Assembly (NCBI GenBank): GCA_963771275.1
Contig: CAVYSW010000002.1
Span: 1-14,135 of the forward strand
DNA: 14,135 nucleotides
DNA from: an uncultured Gemmatimonadales bacterium
GTDB lineage: Bacteria > Gemmatimonadota > Gemmatimonadetes > Gemmatimonadales > GWC2-71-9
Direction: 5' to 3'
Shown: piece after piece, positions 1-7,673 of the stretch
Layout of the letters: each line of letters starts with the position of its first letter
How positions within the stretch are numbered: the stretch's first letter is position 1
Made by a program: the position numbers and the translations under genes
Notes under the pieces: model-generated
Database searches by the model: none
What the model saw: only the letters and a program-made list of their open reading frames with translations
What the model was told of the DNA's origin: nothing

Positions 1-161
1 CGCACCTGCGGGTGCTCGTGCGCGAACACGCGGAACAGCCGCGAACGCGTCGAATATCACCTTGCTGGTACACGGACTGTCGTTGGCAAGGCGCATGAGC
101 ACGAGCGTTCCCGGAGCCGCCGGCGGGCGGTCCGGCGCCTCCAGCGCTCAACCGGTCTCGT

Positions 162-506
162 CTAGTTGAAGCCGGGCCCGAGCGCCCGCGCTGCGGCCCA
201 CAGCGCGACGCCACCAAGGAGCACCATCAGGACGTATCTCTTGAGGTGCGCCATGGTAGCCAGCTTGCCATCGGCCGTCTTCCCCTTGAATCGCACGATG
301 TCGATGTAGCGAGCGCCGATCAGCAGGCCGACAATGAGCCAGAAGACCACATCCGCGATTGACCAGCCACCGCTACCATAGACCGAGGCCGTCGCCATAA
401 GCAGCGCAATGTTCCCGATCAGCATCCAGAAGATTCGTGGAAGGCACCCGACTGCACTGTCGTACTGGGGCTGCGCGGATACCGGTTCCCTACGGTCGTC
501 CACCAT
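162..506 (-). CDS. Hypothetical integral membrane protein (about 3 TM helices)
   Basis: 114-aa ATG ORF with AAGGAG RBS upstream. Hydrophobic segments IFWMLIGNIALLMATASVY, IADVVFWLIVGLLIGA and YVLMVLLGGVALWAAA. Confidence 0.8.
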   Translation of the reverse strand: MVDDRREPVSAQPQYDSAVGCLPRIFWMLIGNIALLMATASVYGSGGWSIADVVFWLIVGLLIGARYIDIVRFKGKTADGKLATMAHLKRYVLMVLLGGVALWAAARALGPGFN

Positions 507-577
507 GGGTCGCCACTCCTTCGCCTCCTTGAGGAAGCGAATGCGGTGGCTGGCGGCCCGACCAACCCGTCAGGTCC

Positions 578-616
578 TCCGACGGGATAAGGGGCCCGTC
601 GGACCCTTGTTGTTTC
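578..616 (+). terminator. Hairpin, possible intrinsic terminator
   Basis: Perfect 9-bp stem TCCGACGGG (578-586) / CCCGTCGGA (595-603) followed by the T-rich CCCTTGTTGTTTCC. Confidence 0.35.
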
Positions 617-655
617 CTGTGGACTAGCCTACCAGCTTCGGCGCCTACGAGCAAC

Positions 656-795
656 CAAAGCACCGTTGATGAGCAAGGACCATGGGGCGCAGGGACGCGT
701 CATCGCGCTGCTCGCGTCGCCCGCCTCCTCGGCGACTTCCTGCGCCAGATGATGGAAAACGACGCCGCCTACGACCGCGCCCGGCAACGGTATGG
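656..795 (+). pseudogene. Degenerate CopG/RHH-type (VapB-like) antitoxin remnant
   Basis: The frame of ORF 749 extended upstream reads TVDEQGPWGAGTRHRAARVARLLGDFLRQMMENDAAYDRARQRY. This resembles small antitoxins of the pattern TLDEE..W....AA....VSRLVGE.L...M.....Y..A...Y. No proper start and no partner toxin. Confidence 0.4.
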
Positions 796-935
796 AGCGC
801 TCGCGGTCTTCGGGAACGACCGCCGAGGGTACCACCTGCACGATCTGCGCCCCGGCGTCATCCGGCACCTCGATGGCCATGGCCACGAGGTCGCCTGGAA
901 ACAGCACCGCCCGGCGCGAGGCCCGGCGGGTGCCT

Positions 936-1934
936 TCACTGCTGTTGCAGGGTATAGCCGTACAAGGTGCCGGTTCCGGTGCCGGTGTCCGAAATCCAGA
1001 GGAGCCCGTTGGCAAACGACAGCGACCACGCGCTCTGCGCCACGACGGCCACCGGGAAGGTGAACGTGGTAATGGGCCCGCCCAGCATGTCATAGACGTA
1101 GACGGTCCCCAGCTCATCCATCGTGAACAGGTGGCTGCCGTCCGAGGTGATCACGTAGTTGCTCGGGAACACGCCGAACTGGAACCCGGTCAGCGTGCCC
1201 GTCACCGCCCCGCTGGAGAAGGCCAGCTGCGTGACGGTGCCATCGACGTGCTCCAGAATGGTCGCGCCGTCCGACGTCATGACCGGCTTGGCCTGACTCT
1301 GGGAGAAGATGCCCGTATGCAGGGGCGTCAGCGCGCCCGTCGCGGGGTCCACCTCATACCAGTCCAGCCCTAAGCTCTTCGCGTAGAACTTCCCGTCGGC
1401 CGGCCGATAGAACACCCCCCGCATGTCCAGGTTGACGGGTGTCGTCTGCGTGACGGTACCGCTGGTATTGACTTGCTGGATCTGGCCGGTCCCGGCATTG
1501 CCGCCATTGGAGAGGTAGTACGAAGTGCCGTCCCAGGTGACCGTCATCACGCGCAACGGAATCGAGAACGCAAAGGAGGTCGTCAGGACGGGGGCGATCG
1601 TCGCGGACTTGAAGTTGGTGGTGCCTGACACCCCATTCGCGGCGGTCGCCGTGACGGTCGTGGTGCCGTTCGCAACCGTCGTGAGGAGGCCGGCCGCGTC
1701 GATCGTGGCGACCCCTGCGTCGCTGCTGGCCCACGTGAACGTGGTGGCAAGCACGTGGCCGTCGGCCGACAGTCCCGACGCGGTGAAGGTAACCGTCCGG
1801 CCGCTGGCGATGAGGGTATCGACGTTGCTGGGCGTTACGACGACCGTCGTCACCACCTGAGGTTCGGTAGAACATCCTGCCACCAACGCCAGGATCGGAA
1901 CCGCACAGAGAGAGATCCGTAGTACGCGGGTCAC
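936..1934 (-). CDS. Lipoprotein with Ig-like (Big_2) domain and probable beta-propeller C-terminal domain
   Basis: GTG start at 1934 with AAGGAG RBS, in frame with ORF 936..2015. Signal peptide with lipobox VAGC. Big_2 pattern VVVTP...FTA...TWASSDAGVATIDAAGLLTTVANGTTTVTAT. Blade-like repeats WDGTSYYLS, SDGSHLFTM, FANGLLWISD. Confidence 0.8.
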   Translation of the reverse strand: MTRVLRISLCAVPILALVAGCSTEPQVVTTVVVTPSNVDTLIASGRTVTFTASGLSADGHVLATTFTWASSDAGVATIDAAGLLTTVANGTTTVTATAANGVSGTTNFKSATIAPVLTTSFAFSIPLRVMTVTWDGTSYYLSNGGNAGTGQIQQVNTSGTVTQTTPVNLDMRGVFYRPADGKFYAKSLGLDWYEVDPATGALTPLHTGIFSQSQAKPVMTSDGATILEHVDGTVTQLAFSSGAVTGTLTGFQFGVFPSNYVITSDGSHLFTMDELGTVYVYDMLGGPITTFTFPVAVVAQSAWSLSFANGLLWISDTGTGTGTLYGYTLQQQ

Positions 1935-2355
1935 GAGAGTCTCCTTTCGGCTTGGTGGTCGCTCCGGCACGTCGCCGCGACCACGTTGGGGGTCTTCGCG
2001 AGCAGCTTGCAACATGGTCCCGCCCGTGGCGCGGGGGGAACCGATTGGTGCCCAGGACTTGGGTCATGCTACCGCGGCTCGGCTCGCGCTGGAGCGTGTA
2101 CCGGCCGCCGAGTGGTTCATGGAGGGCGAGCCAACTGGTCAGGCGTTGGGCCCCCCGTGGTCCGCTCTCGCTGCTTCTACAATAGGGTCCGAAGCGGGAA
2201 TCGGCCAGAAGCCCCTGGAGATTCGTGAGATGAACGTGCTGGGCCGATCACTGAGAAACAACAACGGAACGACAATTGGGACGGCTGAACGAAGACAGGG
2301 CTGATGGAGCTAACCTCAAGCTCCGTCGGCCCCTAGCAGTCGGGACGGCGGATCG

Positions 2356-2688
2356 TCAGAGGCGCGCGATGGCATCGGTGAGGAGACCGATCGCCAACGT
2401 ATTGAGCGACACGCCCTCGACCGCGGCCCGTTCCGCCAGGCGGGCGTGCAGCGAGACAGGGACCCGGAGGCGGAACTGGCCACTGAAGCCGCGGTGGACC
2501 AGCGGATCCGGGAGCGCCTTGCCCTCGCTCGGCATGATGTCGACCGCTTCGGCGAGCACCGTCGTCAACTGGTCGAGCGCTTCCGTGTGCGTGTCACCCA
2601 GGCCTGAGAGGCCGGGGAACTCGGGGGAGACGGCCACGAACGCGTCGTCTTCCTCGCTCCACATCACACGGCGGCTGTACGCGCTCAC
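2356..2688 (-). CDS. hicB: HicB-family antitoxin (HicB N-terminal + RHH domain), orphaned
   Basis: Sequence YSRRVMWSEEDDAFVAVSPEFPGLSGLGDTHTEAL...FSGQFRLRVPVSLHARLAERAAVEGVSLN. The GTG start at 2688 overlaps (GTGA) the stop of the upstream toxin remnant. Confidence 0.85.
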   Translation of the reverse strand: MSAYSRRVMWSEEDDAFVAVSPEFPGLSGLGDTHTEALDQLTTVLAEAVDIMPSEGKALPDPLVHRGFSGQFRLRVPVSLHARLAERAAVEGVSLNTLAIGLLTDAIARL

Positions 2689-2790
2689 GGCGTCTGCTCG
2701 GGCGGCCGATCGTCGATCGCGGCGACGAGTTGCCGTACCTGATACGGTCTTGCCATGTCGTTCACGTTCTGGAGCGCTCCACACGAGGGG
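2685..2790 (-). pseudogene. C-terminal remnant of a HicA-like toxin
   Basis: 2774-2685 reads LQNVNDMARPYQVRQLVAAIDDRPPEQTP*, matching the NxQ..G.AKPYQV(R/K)Q C-terminus of HicA-like partners of this HicB type. The N-terminal part is missing. Not in the ORF track. Confidence 0.7.
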
Positions 2791-2797
2791 CGACCTC

Positions 2798-2830
2798 GAT
2801 GCCGCACTACGCGAGCGCGTGCGCGGCGTT
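2798..2830. terminator. GC-rich bulged hairpin downstream of the higBA-like operon
   Basis: GATGCCGC-AC-TACGCG-AG-CGCGTG-C-GCGGCGTT folds into a long stem. No clear U-tract. Confidence 0.3.
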
Positions 2831-2952
2831 AGCCTCACCGGCGTGCCGGATCGATGACAACACCGAATCGGCCGGTCCTCGTTCGGATCGCTGGGGCCTT
2901 GGAGGCCCCGCCATGGCGCGGCCAGGACCCTACCGCACCCAGCGCGCCACGA

Positions 2953-3279
2953 TCAATCCCCGCCGTCGCGACCGATCTCCTCGAACTGCGTGATTCGGAC
3001 CGCTCCATCCGGGAACCGGGCAACGATCTCCAGATCGCCGCCGAGGGCCTGGATGTAGGTGCGCAGCGAGCTGATGTACATGTCGGCTCGGCGCTCGAGC
3101 TTGGACACCAGGGCTTGCTGTGACCCGAGCCGCTTGGCCAGCGCTTCCTGGGTCATGCGTCGCGCCTGGCGCAACTCCTGGAGGGGCAGCTCGGCCAGGA
3201 GGGCCTGTGCTCGCTCGCGAACGCGCTTCTGGCGTTCGGGCGCCATCTTCGCTCGCAAGTCACGGAACTTCTTGGCCAT
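2953..3279 (-). CDS. higA: XRE-family HTH antitoxin (HigA-like)
   Basis: MAKKFRDLRAKM...LQELRQARRMTQEALAKRLGSQQALVSKLERRADMYISSLRTYIQALGGDLEIVARFPD. Overlaps the 3' end of the upstream toxin. Confidence 0.9.
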   Translation of the reverse strand: MAKKFRDLRAKMAPERQKRVRERAQALLAELPLQELRQARRMTQEALAKRLGSQQALVSKLERRADMYISSLRTYIQALGGDLEIVARFPDGAVRITQFEEIGRDGGD

Positions 3280-3649
3280 CACTTTCCCCCTCTTCTTCCG
3301 CTTCTCGCTTCAGCGCTTTCAGGTGCTCGTCCAGGAGCGCGTCAGCATTGGGCACTGCCGTCTCGTACCAACGGTCGTCGCCGGTCTTGTCACCGCCGAC
3401 CAGGAGCATTGCGACTCGGCGGGGATCGAACGCGTAGAGGACTCGGATCGGGCGGCCGGCATGCTGGACCCGCAGTTCGCGCATCTGGCCGTGGCGCGAC
3501 GCCCGAACGCCGGAGCTATATGGGTACCCGAGATGTGGACCGCGAGCCTCCAAGAGCGCGACCGCGACGGCAACCGACTCCTGCTCCTCCTCGGACAAGT
3601 CGTCCCACCAGCGCTCGAATTGGTCCGTATACTCGACGTCCCACGACAA
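3260..3649 (-). CDS. higB: RelE/ParE-superfamily toxin (HigB/Gp49-like)
   Basis: WDVEYTDQFERWW...GPHLGYPYSSGV..SRHGQMRELRVQHAGRPIRVLYAFDPRRVAMLLVGGDKTGDDRWY. Toxin-first order. Start is TTG at 3649 or 3655. Confidence 0.9.
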   Translation of the reverse strand: MSWDVEYTDQFERWWDDLSEEEQESVAVAVALLEARGPHLGYPYSSGVRASRHGQMRELRVQHAGRPIRVLYAFDPRRVAMLLVGGDKTGDDRWYETAVPNADALLDEHLKALKREAEEEGESDGQEVP

Positions 3650-3653
3650 GAAC

Positions 3654-3682
3654 AATATTCCTTTTGATGACTATTCTGTCAA
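3654..3682 (-). promoter_or_regulatory. Sigma70-type promoter of the higBA-like operon
   Basis: Minus strand TTGACA (3682-3677), 17-bp spacer, AATATT (3659-3654), in an AT-rich patch immediately before the start codon. Suggests a leaderless or near-leaderless mRNA. Confidence 0.7.
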
Positions 3683-3894
3683 GGGAATTCCTGACTGTTC
3701 TCCAACGTAGCAGAGACGACGGGGCGAACCGTCATCATTCTGTCCCGACGGGGGACAACGCCATCGCGGTGCTCAAGGGCCGGTTGGGGGAGCAGGCCCG
3801 CTGGCTACTCGTGGCCTGGGCGAGCCCGCTGATTCCGATCGTGGGGTTGTGGGTGCGGAGGTGAGGGCGGCGGCCTTCGTTGCGTGCCGAAAGC

Positions 3895-4355
3895 GACATG
3901 ACCTGCCGGGTATGGCGGGCGTCCAGCCGGCCGCCCGCCTTTAGCGCACGGCCACCCCGCTGCTTCCAGAAGAACGGCACCTTCTCCCGCACGCAGGTAT
4001 CCCTGCGCTGGAGCGCCCACGCTGGGTCCAGCGGCCGGGCATCGGGTCCACTCTCGCCCCAACGATGACCCAGTGGATCCCACGCAGGTTGAGTGACGCG
4101 CGCGGCTCGACCAACGGTCGCAGGACAGGGACCGGATGGCGGCGTTGAGGGATTTAGGGTGTCGCACGCGGTACGTCACGTCGTCATTGTCGACGGAAGT
4201 TTCGAGCCAGAGATGTCCCGGGATCCTCCGAAGACCGAGGAGGGGGCGGCCGAAACGAACTCGTCCGGGCCGCCGGCGTGGAAGAGGTCAGACATGGAGT
4301 TGACGAAGATCATTCGCGGCTCGGTTCACTTCAGGGGGTGATCCAGACGGTCCGA
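3895..4355 (-). pseudogene. DUF5131 / phage Gp37-Gp68 family pseudogene
   Basis: Motifs appear in order across shifting frames: [23 protein letters not shown], then [33 protein letters not shown], then [26 protein letters not shown]...CVREKVPFFWKQRGGRALKAGGRLD. In-frame stop, frameshifts, missing N-terminus. Confidence 0.85.
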
Positions 4356-4410
4356 TGTGATGCACCCAAAGCGCGCGGCCCGTTTGCGAATGCCTGCGCA
4401 CCTGGAGGTC

Positions 4411-5424
4411 CTAACGCAGTTCCGAGATCGCAGCGGCCAGCACCTCCGTCAGTCGCCTCTCGATGGTTCGCACCTGTTCCTTCGCTGAAAGCCGGAAGAA
4501 CGTTGAGAAGTCAGCCACCAGCGGGACGAATGCGCAGGCCCACCAGCGGTCACTACCCGGAGCCGCCAGTTCGCGCAGGGGCTCATGGCTCCGGAGTCGC
4601 TCGATGAGCGCGGGATCGACAAACGTGGCCCGAGAGAGCCATACCGCGGAGTCGCCGTGCAGATCCGAATAGGCAGGCCCGCCTATCTCCTGACCCTGGC
4701 TATCCTTGAGGGCCACGTACATCGCGTACCGGTCTGATCGGGCCGATGCGTGACGGAGATGGAGCGCCGCGCAGCACGCGTCCGCTGCCTCCTCGAACAT
4801 GAGTTGCAGGTGGTGACGCGCCAGCGTCCCTTCCAGCAGATGAGGGCCTACAGGCTCGAGGGTCATGCCGTGCTCCCTGAGGAATTGGAGTACTTCTCCG
4901 GTGATGAACCGCATCTCGGGCGACGAGCCGGAGATGCCGTTGAGTACGTCCGCGACGTCGTGCCAGCGCCGCTCCCTACACCACGTGGAGTGTGCTTTCC
5001 AGCGTTCAACGTCGATGGGATACTTCGAGATGAGCCCGACCGTGGCTCCAGTGTGTTGCGCGTACCTCAGGTAGCAGTCGATCTGGGTCTCTTCTTGTCC
5101 GTCGTCCTCCCGATGTCCGCGAATCCCAACAGCCGCCTCGATCTTCGATTCGATCAGCAGCTCGCGCTCCGGACCACCCTCGATCGGCACCTGCAGGACG
5201 AGATCGACATAGCCATCGGGTACGTCCATCTGCGTCTTGGCGGAGACTGTCCGGTCGGCGGCGACAGTTTCCACGAGAAAGAGGTTGGCGAAACCCCTTC
5301 CGAAATCCGGCCACTCATTGATGAGCCACGCCATCAATTCGGTCGTGAAGTTCTCAAGCGGCCGCACCGTAGCGGATGATGAATACGTGGACAGCGCGGT
5401 GAAGAGGCCCCTGGCCGGCGTCAT
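4411..5424 (-). CDS. PD-(D/E)XK nuclease superfamily protein
   Basis: ATG at 5424. ENFTTELMAWL, then YVDLVL...LLIESKIEA...QIDCYL (D...ExK plus QxxxY), then W.DV motif. The upstream part of ORF 4411..5838 is a shadow of the HNH remnant. Visibly less GC-rich than its neighbours. Confidence 0.8.
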   Translation of the reverse strand: MTPARGLFTALSTYSSSATVRPLENFTTELMAWLINEWPDFGRGFANLFLVETVAADRTVSAKTQMDVPDGYVDLVLQVPIEGGPERELLIESKIEAAVGIRGHREDDGQEETQIDCYLRYAQHTGATVGLISKYPIDVERWKAHSTWCRERRWHDVADVLNGISGSSPEMRFITGEVLQFLREHGMTLEPVGPHLLEGTLARHHLQLMFEEAADACCAALHLRHASARSDRYAMYVALKDSQGQEIGGPAYSDLHGDSAVWLSRATFVDPALIERLRSHEPLRELAAPGSDRWWACAFVPLVADFSTFFRLSAKEQVRTIERRLTEVLAAAISELR

Positions 5425-5609
5425 GAGTGGCGTCCTTGCCGCTCCCCTGGGCGAGGTCCCGAGTATATACCGAAAGCACATCACGGAGCACAGCCGTGCG
5501 CCAGGAACGGCCGATCCGCGGCAGACGGCCGTTCGCTGACCCCGAGCGGCGCGCCGCCGATCGTGGCCTGTGTCGCCTCGCGGAGACCGTGGGGCGACCT
5601 CGCCGCGCG

Positions 5610-5888
5610 CTACGCCGCCCGAAACCGCGCAAAGCGCTCGTCGAGGTAGTCCGCTTTCGGCCGCTGGGTAGGCACCCGTGGCAGCTGAATCCGGATGCCG
5701 TCCAGCTCCTGGAGGCCGTGGCGGAGCATGGGGCCGTCGTGTTCCTCCAGCACGTCTCGCCGCACGTGCACCCGATAGTCCGGCGCCACGCCCACGATGT
5801 TCACGTCGTAGGCGCCGTGGTGGATCTTGCAGAGGCACAAGCCGTTGGGCACTTCCGGGTGGCCGCGCTCGTCGCGGTCCCGCAGGAT
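5610..5888 (-). pseudogene. HNH endonuclease C-terminal fragment, copy 1
   Basis: ILRDRDERGHPEVPNGLCLCKIHHGAYDVNIVGV...LQELDGIRIQLPR...RP..DYLDERFARFRAA*. Begins right after the position of the first catalytic His (AAH), which is absent. Confidence 0.85.
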
Positions 5889-5906
5889 CACATTCTGTGA
5901 CCTTAA
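5884..5906. repeat. Imperfect palindromic site at the DUF2442/HNH junction (copy A)
   Basis: AGGATCACATTCTGTGACCTTAA. The right arm matches the perfect palindrome at 11543-11569. Confidence 0.75.
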
Positions 5907-5919
5907 GGCCCGCGTTGCG

Positions 5920-6186
5920 TCAGGCGGGGGCGACGTCTCGTTTGGACTGGCTGCGGACCGCGTCGTGCAGGAACTCCGGGGCGATGTCGGCGCCGTTGGG
6001 CCACACCAGCGTGTGGCACTCGGGGTCTACCCTGAACTGTCGGAAGTAGATCGGGTTGTGGAGCGGCTCGAATACCGGGCCGCGCAGCACGGGGCGAAGG
6101 TTCACCTCGCCGGCCGAGCCGTCACGGCAGCGGACCCAGACCGTGAAGTCTCGCAGGTATCTCGCTTCGAGTACGTCGTAGTCCAT
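5920..6186 (-). CDS. DUF2442 family protein (putative antitoxin)
   Basis: MDYDVLEARYLRDFTVWVRCRDGSAGEVNL...GPVFEPL...F..F.VD....TLVWPNGADIAPEFL. ATG 5 nt after the DUF4160 stop. Confidence 0.88.
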   Translation of the reverse strand: MDYDVLEARYLRDFTVWVRCRDGSAGEVNLRPVLRGPVFEPLHNPIYFRQFRVDPECHTLVWPNGADIAPEFLHDAVRSQSKRDVAPA

Positions 6187-6191
6187 ACCCG

Positions 6192-6449
6192 TCACTCCAG
6201 CGGGGTGATCGCGACGAGCGGCTTGCCCTGCCGCGCGCGCTCCCAATTGGCGAGCAGCTCCGCGCGGTGGAGGGTCGCCCATTCCAGCACGTGGTGCAGC
6301 GCCGTTCGTGGGAAGATACCGTGCACCGTGCTGGTTCGCACCTCAACCGAGATCTTGCAGCCGCCACACACCGCGTGGAAGTGGGGCACGCCATGGTCAG
6401 CGTAGTACATGTAGACGGCGATGCCGAAGAACCGGCAGATCTCGGGCAT
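6192..6449 (-). CDS. DUF4160 family protein (putative toxin)
   Basis: MPEICRFFGIAVYMYYADHGVPHFHA...VLEWATLHRAELLANWERARQGKPLVAITPLE. Typical partner of DUF2442. Confidence 0.88.
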   Translation of the reverse strand: MPEICRFFGIAVYMYYADHGVPHFHAVCGGCKISVEVRTSTVHGIFPRTALHHVLEWATLHRAELLANWERARQGKPLVAITPLE

Positions 6450-6465
6450 GCCGGCGAGTGTGCGG

Positions 6466-6557
6466 CCTCGCCAGCGCATTACGTCATCGGATTCATGCGT
6501 CAGAAGGGCGAAATGGCGCGTCACCCGTCGTAACAGGAGCTCTCTGGAGTGTCGAGT
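6466..6557 (-). repeat. 92-bp conserved leader upstream of DUF4160, copy A
   Basis: Aligns without gaps to 12508-12599, with 12 mismatches by hand count. Confidence 0.85.
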
Positions 6558-6664
6558 AGCTCAATGGGATGCTCACTGCGCTAGAACTACCGGCCGGACG
6601 TCATGGGACGTCCGCGCTCGCAGGCAGTCTTCGCGCAAAATCCTCCGCACCGTCGGCGCGAAGC

Positions 6665-6709
6665 CTCGACCGGCACGCCCAGCGCATCACCCACCGCGAG
6701 TCCGAGGAT
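6665..6709 (-). pseudogene. Short ADP-ribosylglycohydrolase (DraG/ARH) N-terminal remnant
   Basis: ILGLAVGDALGVPVE matches the family's N-terminal GxAxGDALG.PxE motif. The rest of the gene is absent. Confidence 0.6.
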
Positions 6710-6841
6710 GAACAACGGCGGCGCAGAAGGGGAGAGGTGACGGGGGAGGCGCTTCGTCACCCGCGGCGTGGGAAGGATGTCGCGGGATCGCGCTGACGAC
6801 GCCACGCTGCGGCCGTCCCGGGCATGAGAAACGAGGTCGAC

Positions 6842-6870
6842 TTGCCCACACAAGTTATAGCTTGTATCAT
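6842..6870 (+). promoter_or_regulatory. hicAB promoter with inverted-repeat operator
   Basis: TTGCCC (6842-6847), 17 bp, TATCAT (6865-6870). The inverted repeat ACAAG-TTATAG-CTTGT (6850-6865) fills the spacer. Confidence 0.7.
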
Positions 6871-6888
6871 CCAATTGGGGGTCGCCCG

Positions 6889-7080
6889 GTGGATTCCCGG
6901 GACGTGATCCGCGCCCTGAAAGACGACGGCTGGGTCCTCGTGCGCACCCGGGGGTCGCATCACCACTTCGCGCACTCGCTCAAGCCCGGGATCGTGACGG
7001 TGCCGCACCCCAGGAAGGACCTCGCGTTGGGTCTACTGCGGAGCATCGAGCGGCAGGCCGGGATCAGGCTCGAGCGGTGA
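6889..7080 (+). CDS. hicA: HicA-family mRNA interferase toxin
   Basis: GTG start. MDSRDVIRALKDDGWVLVRTRGSHHHFAH..KPGIVTVPHPRKDLALGLLRSIERQAG contains the GSH motif. Confidence 0.92.
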   Translation: MDSRDVIRALKDDGWVLVRTRGSHHHFAHSLKPGIVTVPHPRKDLALGLLRSIERQAGIRLER

Positions 7081-7088
7081 GGGGGACG

Positions 7089-7556
7089 ATGCGGTATCAG
7101 GCGCTGGTGACCAAGGAGGGGCGCGCAACCGTCGCGCGCTTCCCCGACTGCCCGGGCTGCCAGACGCAGGCGGGGCCGGGCGAGGAGGTCCTCGACCAGG
7201 CGCGCGACGCGCTCGAAGGCTGGCTCGAGGCGCATCTCGCGCTCGGCAGGGTCCCGCCTCTGCCGGCCGGCACGCGGCGGCGGGCCTCGGCCGGGCGCAA
7301 GGTGATCGACGTCGCGGTGGATCCCACGCTCGCGGTGCGCATGCTCCTGCGCGTCGCCCGTCACGAGGCCGGGCTCACGCAGGCAGAGCTGGCGCGGAAG
7401 ATCGGCGTGAGCCAGCAGCAGATTGCCGCCCTGGAGTCGCCCGACTCCAATCTCACACTCGGCACCCTGGTGCGGGTGGCTGCGGTGCTCGACCGCGAGG
7501 TCGAGATCCGCCTCAGCGTGACTGGCGCCCGAAGCGCCGCGCCTTCGCGGGCCTGA
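7089..7556 (+). CDS. hicB: HicB-family antitoxin with C-terminal XRE HTH
   Basis: HicB domain YQALV...ARFPDCPGCQTQ....E....ARDALEGWL, then HTH ARHEAGLTQAELARKIGVSQQQIAALE. GAGGGGG RBS. Confidence 0.88.
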   Translation: MRYQALVTKEGRATVARFPDCPGCQTQAGPGEEVLDQARDALEGWLEAHLALGRVPPLPAGTRRRASAGRKVIDVAVDPTLAVRMLLRVARHEAGLTQAELARKIGVSQQQIAALESPDSNLTLGTLVRVAAVLDREVEIRLSVTGARSAAPSRA

Positions 7557-7673
7557 CCCGAAGCTCCGCGACGCCCGTCCTTACGGGCAGTCAGCCCCGC
7601 CGAGTGGCCGCCTTGGCGGCATTCTAGAGAGAACGCCGCCAACACGCAGGGCTGTCCCAACCTCATCGGGGCG

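Noticed and set aside
826..880. GYHLHDLRPGVIRHL resembling the tyrosine-recombinase HDLR box
   Set aside because: Only four residues match, and there is no other integrase motif nearby.
2014..2304. 96-aa plus-strand ORF in the gap between the lipoprotein and hicB
   Set aside because: No RBS or recognisable motif. It could hide another remnant, but I cannot support a call.
5425..5838. N-terminal 138 aa of the 475-aa ORF 4411..5838
   Set aside because: Low-complexity Arg/Pro/Gly-rich off-frame read-through of the HNH remnant. The same shadow peptide recurs at 13836..14126. The real start is likely the ATG at 5424.
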